From Gammaproteobacteria bacterium (GTDB lineage Bacteria; Pseudomonadota; Gammaproteobacteria; SZUA-152): a DNA stretch of 28,394 nucleotides. Below the pieces are notes generated by a model. The model saw only the letters and a program-made list of their open reading frames with translations, was not told where the DNA came from and did no database searches. Shown here in pieces: positions 23,581 through 28,394 of the stretch; position 1 is the stretch's first letter, and the number at the start of each line of letters is the position of its first letter. The stretch covers positions 1 through 28,394 of the forward strand of contig JASFLF010000001.1 in NCBI GenBank assembly GCA_050118235.1, read 5' to 3'. The translations under genes were made by a program, and so were the position numbers.

Positions 23581-25485
23581 CTACATTAATTGTTCCCAAC
23601 GCCCATAACAATTTTCCAATTCAATGGTGATTTGTTCAAACCTCGCAAGTGTGGTTGTTATTGTGTGGTTGTCTTGTTTATAGAAATCAGGTTGACCCAT
23701 GGCGTGCTGAAGATCTGCTTGTTCTTTTTCCAGGAACTCAATGCGCGCGGGCAATTCGTCCAACTCGCGTTGTTCCTTATAACTGAGTTTTTTCTTTTGA
23801 GACTTTGCTTCAGATTCCGATTGGATTGGTGCTGGTTTTTCAGCATTTATATGGGTGTCTACTTGATATTTTGCGGCGGTGGGAGTCGGTGACGGACGTT
23901 GTCTTATCCAGTCATCATAACCGCCGACATATTCTTCGACCCGCCCATCTCCTTCGAATACGATGGTGCTGGTGACCACATTGTCCAGGAACGCCCGGTC
24001 ATGGCTTACGACGATAATCGTGCCATTGTAATCGCCGAGTAACTCTTCCAATAGCTCCAGTGTTTCGATATCAAGATCGTTGGTGGGTTCGTCCAAGACC
24101 AATAAATTCGCTGGTTGAATAAACAGCCGCGCCAATAACAAGCGATTGCGCTCACCGCCGGACAACGATTTAACCGGGGAGCGTGCCCGCTGTGGTGGGA
24201 ATAAAAAGTCTTGCAAATAACCCATCACATGACGGCTCTGACCGTTGACGGTGATCATATCACTGCCTTGGTTTAAGTTATCCACCACCGTGCGCTCCAG
24301 ATCCAACTGACTGCGTTGTTGATCAAAATAAGCGGTTTGTAACCGGGTACCCAGTTCAACAATACCATTGTCGGGTTGAAGTTCGCCCAGGAGTATTTTG
24401 ATCAGTGTACTTTTACCTGAACCATTGGGACCAATGATGCCGATACGGTCGCCGCGCATGATGGTAGTTGAAAAATCGTTAATGACGCTTTTATCGCCAA
24501 ATTGTTTGCTAATGTGTTGCGCTTCGATCACGATCTTACCGGATTGCTCTCCGGCGTCTAATTGCATGTTTACTTTGCCCATGGTATCAAGGCGCTGGTG
24601 TCTTTGCTCCCGCAATGATTTTAAGGCGCGTACCCGCCCCTCATTGCGCGTTCGCCGTGCTTTAATGCCTTGGCGAATCCAGACTTCTTCTTGCGCCAGT
24701 TTTTTATCGAATTTGGCGTTATGCTGTGCTTCGGTGTCCAGTCGCTCCTGTCTTTTACGTAAATAGTCATCGTAATCGCCCGGCCAGGAGGTCAATATAC
24801 CGCGATCCAGTTCCAAAATCCGGGTTGCCAACCGGCGCAAAAAGCTCCGATCGTGAGTAATAAACAATAACGCCCCATTGAAGCCCAGTAGGAATTCTTC
24901 AATCCAGGTGATGGCTTCAATATCCAGATGGTTGGTTGGTTCGTCCAACAATAATAGTTCCGGTTGCAAAACCAAGGCCCGCGCCAACATTACTCGGCGC
25001 TTATAACCCCCCGATAACGCCGCCATATTGCTGTCACCAGGTAACTCCAGTTTCGTAAGAACGGTATTGACGCGTTGTTCCAAGCGCCAGCCGTCACAAG
25101 CATCAATGGATTGCTGCAATGAAGCCATTCGGTTAGTGAGCGAGTCGCTGGGTTCGCTCGCCAGTTTTTGTGAGACATGATGGTAGTCCGCCAATAAACG
25201 CCCGGCTTCTTCCAATCCCGAAGCAACCACGTCATACACTGTAAGGGATTCGTCAGGCGGGACATCTTGTTCAAGATAGGCGATGCGCAGGTGTGGTTGC
25301 TGCCAAACATCACCTTCATCCAAGTTGATGGTTTTGTTGAGGACCCGTAGCAAGGTGGATTTCCCCACACCATTGCGGCCCACCAAACACACCCGTTCAC
25401 CGGCGTCTATTTGCAGATTGGCTTTATCCAGCAACGGTACATGGCCAAAGGCCAGGGAAGCGTTTTCCAGTTTTATGAGAGGCAT
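23581..25485 (-). CDS. uup: ABC-F family ATPase Uup
   Basis: Two ABC cassettes (GRNGVGKST/LSGG/LDEPTNHLD and GPNGSGKST/LSGGE/LDEPTNDLD), WIRQGIKARRTRNEGRVRAL, and C-terminal KLSYKEQREL coiled coil. No transmembrane segments. Confidence 0.95.
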   Translation of the reverse strand: MPLIKLENASLAFGHVPLLDKANLQIDAGERVCLVGRNGVGKSTLLRVLNKTINLDEGDVWQQPHLRIAYLEQDVPPDESLTVYDVVASGLEEAGRLLADYHHVSQKLASEPSDSLTNRMASLQQSIDACDGWRLEQRVNTVLTKLELPGDSNMAALSGGYKRRVMLARALVLQPELLLLDEPTNHLDIEAITWIEEFLLGFNGALLFITHDRSFLRRLATRILELDRGILTSWPGDYDDYLRKRQERLDTEAQHNAKFDKKLAQEEVWIRQGIKARRTRNEGRVRALKSLREQRHQRLDTMGKVNMQLDAGEQSGKIVIEAQHISKQFGDKSVINDFSTTIMRGDRIGIIGPNGSGKSTLIKILLGELQPDNGIVELGTRLQTAYFDQQRSQLDLERTVVDNLNQGSDMITVNGQSRHVMGYLQDFLFPPQRARSPVKSLSGGERNRLLLARLFIQPANLLVLDEPTNDLDIETLELLEELLGDYNGTIIVVSHDRAFLDNVVTSTIVFEGDGRVEEYVGGYDDWIRQRPSPTPTAAKYQVDTHINAEKPAPIQSESEAKSQKKKLSYKEQRELDELPARIEFLEKEQADLQHAMGQPDFYKQDNHTITTTLARFEQITIELENCYGRWEQLM

Positions 25486-25638
25486 ATGGTGATTTTTACA
25501 AAAGGTATCTATAAAAACTCAAGAGGCAGAATGTTACAACATTGGGTGTGGCAAAGGAAACTTCAATTGGAATAGCGACCATCTCTTGTTTCTGTCAGTC
25601 TTCTTCCATCCGTGGGTCAAACCATGGAAATAGAATTC

Positions 25639-25685
25639 ACCACGAAGGGCACGAAGATAACAGCAGTTCTAAAATCCTTCGTGGT
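25639..25685. repeat. REP-like palindromic element with CACGAAG units
   Basis: Perfect 10-bp arms ACCACGAAGG / CCTTCGTGGT, plus an internal second CACGAAG at 25650-25656. Confidence 0.6.
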
Positions 25686-25776
25686 AATTAAAATATTTTG
25701 ATTTTTATGGAATAAAAGTTAGTGAAATGTCCACTATATATAAAAACGGATTGTAATCCATGCGTAAATTTTTAAT

Positions 25777-26304
25777 ATGTTGAAAGATAAGCAAAAATTT
25801 CTTCACTGGATAGACAACTGCCATGCGGCGCTGTTTAAACACGCCTTCTGGATGACAGGCAACCGTGCGCTGGCGGAGGATCTGGTGCAAGAAACTTTTT
25901 ATCAGGCCTGGAAAAACCGCCACAGTATTGAGAACGAAGAGAATCCGTTGCCCTGGTTTTTAACCGTACTGCGACGGGAGGTATATAAGGAATATCAGCA
26001 AGCGCGTTTTGATGCTTTGTCCGTGAGCGAGCAACACATAGAAAATTCCAGCAACTTTTCGGAAAGCGATCTTGATACGCTGATTGATTTGGGCAATGGC
26101 TTGATGTCTTTGAGCGCCCGACAACGGGAATTATTGCTCTTGCATGGTCTGCACGGATTCACTTATGAACAAATTAGTGAGCAACTAAGCATCCCCATAG
26201 GCACGGTAATGAGCCGAATCGCCAGAGCGCGCCAATCGCTTCGAGCGTTTTACACGAAAGATGATATAGATAAGGTGATTGTACCTTTCAAAAAGAGAAA
26301 GTGA
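25777..26304 (+). CDS. ECF (sigma-24 family) RNA polymerase sigma factor
   Basis: Region 2 AEDLVQETFYQAW and region 4 GFTYEQISEQLSIPIGTVMSRIARAR; 175 aa. Confidence 0.92.
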   Translation: MLKDKQKFLHWIDNCHAALFKHAFWMTGNRALAEDLVQETFYQAWKNRHSIENEENPLPWFLTVLRREVYKEYQQARFDALSVSEQHIENSSNFSESDLDTLIDLGNGLMSLSARQRELLLLHGLHGFTYEQISEQLSIPIGTVMSRIARARQSLRAFYTKDDIDKVIVPFKKRK

Positions 26305-26316
26305 GGTTTAGAAGTA

Positions 26317-26934
26317 ATGGACCAAGAACAACGCGAAGCACAAACACTTCATAAGTTGCTCAACGCACCTAAAGTGCCCGAAGATTTGGCGGCAAAACTC
26401 AAGAACAATCTGGAAAAGCAGATGGTTAAGCCAGAACAGCTTGGAAACACAGCACGACGATACCGAAAGTGGGTGTACGGTTTAGCGGCTAGTTTGACCA
26501 TTGCAATTGTGGTGGCCGTGCAAATCAAGACCGAACCGGAATTGGTCTCACTTGCCTATAGGCACGCCGAGGAAGAAGCCCATCTAGTGGGAGCCATTGA
26601 TGGCGGCTATCAGTCCTGGTTCGATAAGGCCGGTTTGCAGATTCCCTCTGAAGCAAACGCCATTGTTTTAAGTAAAAACTGCGCGCTAGGGGAACAAAAA
26701 ACCAAACATCTGAGATTCGATTTACCCAATAAGGGAACAATCAATTTGTTTCTGTATCAAGACGGCGCGGGTCTGCCGGGCCGGGTACAAGCTGATGGCA
26801 CTATAGATGGCCAGTCTTGGATAAGTATTTCCCCGCGAGAGGATATCCGTTTGCTCGCTTTATACGATTCAACTGTCAGTAAAGCGAAAATCACCCAAAT
26901 CATTCAATCCATGTTTGAAGAACACTCCGCTTAG
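26317..26934 (+). CDS. Putative membrane anti-sigma factor (loosely resembles DUF3379-type proteins)
   Basis: Directly follows the ECF gene. Short cytoplasmic N-terminus, one TM helix (WVYGLAASLTIAIVVAV), then a periplasmic domain (NCALGEQKTKHLRF...INLF). Confidence 0.7.
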   Translation: MDQEQREAQTLHKLLNAPKVPEDLAAKLKNNLEKQMVKPEQLGNTARRYRKWVYGLAASLTIAIVVAVQIKTEPELVSLAYRHAEEEAHLVGAIDGGYQSWFDKAGLQIPSEANAIVLSKNCALGEQKTKHLRFDLPNKGTINLFLYQDGAGLPGRVQADGTIDGQSWISISPREDIRLLALYDSTVSKAKITQIIQSMFEEHSA

Positions 26935-26965
26935 CAGTTAAACCAACCACTACAAAGGAACAATA

Positions 26966-28030
26966 ATGAAAAGACTATCCATTCTGTTGATAAGCGCCAG
27001 TATAGGCCTGTCGTTATTGACGCCCATTACCCATGCGCAAGCGCCGGATATCGGGCCATTGCCACCGGTGCCGGTGAATCCGGACAATCCACCTACACCG
27101 GAACGGATCGCATTGGGGAAGAAACTGTTTTTTGATAACCGCATATCCGGCAATGGCACCATGAATTGCAGCAGTTGTCATATTCCCGAAACCGGCTGGA
27201 CGCTACCAACGAAGTACTCAGTGGCCAACGAAGGCTTCGTCGAGCGCCGCAATTCGCCCACATTGCTAAACGTCGGTTATAACAAAGCCTTGATCTGGGA
27301 CGGGCGCGCGCCCAGTTTGGAAAAACAAGCGGTGGGATCCACTAAAAATCCGGTGCATAAAGGTCAGGACATCGACAAGCTGATGAAAATTCTCAATGAT
27401 GATGCAGAGATGGTCAAAATGTTCCAGACAGCTTACGGCAGCAAACCCAATCCCGGCGATTATGGCAATGCGATTGCCGTGTTTCAACGCCATACCATTA
27501 TCACAGGAGAGAGTCCGTTCGACCGTTACATGAAAGGCGATGAAAAAGCTATCTCCGAAGCGGCCGTCAACGGCATGACATTGTTCAAAGGCAAGGGCGG
27601 TTGTATCCAATGTCACAACGGCCCGAACTTCACCGACTCGGATTTTCATAATATCGGTCTAAAGCGTAACCCCGATTTTGACAAAGAAGAATTTCAAAAA
27701 ATCTTGAAATTCGATGCCAAACGCATGGGTTTAAAAGAATGGGAAACCATCAACGACGACCCCGGACGTTATTTAAAAACCCACAACATGGAAGACTGGA
27801 AAAAATTCAAAACGCCAACTTTACGAAACTTACCCGATACCGCTCCTTACATGCATGACGGCCGCTATGCGACCATAGACGAGGTAATCGATCATTACAA
27901 CCGGGGCGGGGATAAAGCGAAAAATCAAGACAAACGTATTAAACCGTTGAAATTGAGTGATAAAGAAAAGCAGGAATTGAAAGAATTTTTGCTGTCCTTG
28001 AAAGGCGATCTTCCAAAAATACTGTATTGA
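26966..28030 (+). CDS. Periplasmic di-heme cytochrome c peroxidase / MauG family protein
   Basis: Signal peptide, LGKKLFFD, two CxxCH motifs (CSSCH, CIQCH), RNSPTLLN, WDGRA and FKTPTLRN...APYMHDG. Confidence 0.92.
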   Translation: MKRLSILLISASIGLSLLTPITHAQAPDIGPLPPVPVNPDNPPTPERIALGKKLFFDNRISGNGTMNCSSCHIPETGWTLPTKYSVANEGFVERRNSPTLLNVGYNKALIWDGRAPSLEKQAVGSTKNPVHKGQDIDKLMKILNDDAEMVKMFQTAYGSKPNPGDYGNAIAVFQRHTIITGESPFDRYMKGDEKAISEAAVNGMTLFKGKGGCIQCHNGPNFTDSDFHNIGLKRNPDFDKEEFQKILKFDAKRMGLKEWETINDDPGRYLKTHNMEDWKKFKTPTLRNLPDTAPYMHDGRYATIDEVIDHYNRGGDKAKNQDKRIKPLKLSDKEKQELKEFLLSLKGDLPKILY

Positions 28031-28057
28031 TCTCTTTAGCGTCATTAAGCTTCAATT

Positions 28058-28080
28058 AGCCGCTTTATAAGCGGCTTATT
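28058..28080 (+). terminator. Intrinsic terminator after the di-heme enzyme gene
   Basis: AGCCGCTT-TAT-AAGCGGCT followed by TATT. Confidence 0.6.
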
Positions 28081-28394
28081 ATTACCCGTATGCATCGGAA
28101 GTATTTTGCGTAGAGCGCGGCAATTTGTCATAAATTAGAAATTTTCACTACAGTTTGGAAAACAGTGACATTTATTTTTCAAGGATACAAGGACAAGAGA
28201 AATAAGTGCATGCTTGATAAATAAATTATTAGCACCAACCCCAACACTCTGCTATAAATATATTTATAACAATTGAGCGTAGTGCGGCTTTCAGACACTA
28301 TAGTAACTGCAAAAACGATGTTCTGTTTGATCGTTGCACGATCTCGACGAAGGGGAAACAATCATATGCAGTGTAATCGAACTCGTTTGGTTCT

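Noticed and set aside
28179-28361. 60-aa minus-strand ORF
   Set aside because: AT-rich and low complexity, with no recognisable motif or convincing ribosome-binding site.
1-28394. Remaining short ORF-track entries nested in or antisense to the called genes
   Set aside because: They are shadow frames of well-supported genes and show no family motifs.

Overview
This window looks like proteobacterial chromosome, most likely from a gammaproteobacterium (inferred from the gene complement). It is mostly housekeeping genes: 3' end of aas, lplT, a Tat-signal amidohydrolase, M18 aminopeptidase, HDAC/AcuC-family deacetylase, msrA, thpR, a DUF3025-like protein, a CoA-binding protein, ttcA, a GNAT, an orphan PAS histidine kinase, adk and uup. 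Four accessory elements stand out. (1) 14799-19515: a small-GTPase signalling locus encoding a receiver-like/wHTH protein, an MglA/CvnD-type GTPase, a fusion of a signature-degenerate ABC ATPase to a CX5R phosphatase, two different roadblock-like proteins and a YkgJ-type Cys-cluster protein. (2) ~6185-6390 (minus): a structured small transcript absent from the ORF track, with a 19-codon ORF, a ribosome-binding site complementary to 14 nt of the 16S rRNA 3' end, and a terminator containing a near-perfect antisense copy of that site. (3) 6576-10241: a 1221-aa lipoprotein with four tandem FN3 + Cys-capped LRR modules. (4) 25777-28030: an ECF sigma / anti-sigma / di-heme enzyme operon whose di-heme protein has Tyr where canonical peroxidases have the Met ligand. 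I saw no rRNA, tRNA, CRISPR array, integrase or transposase. All calls come from reading motifs by eye; no database search was run.
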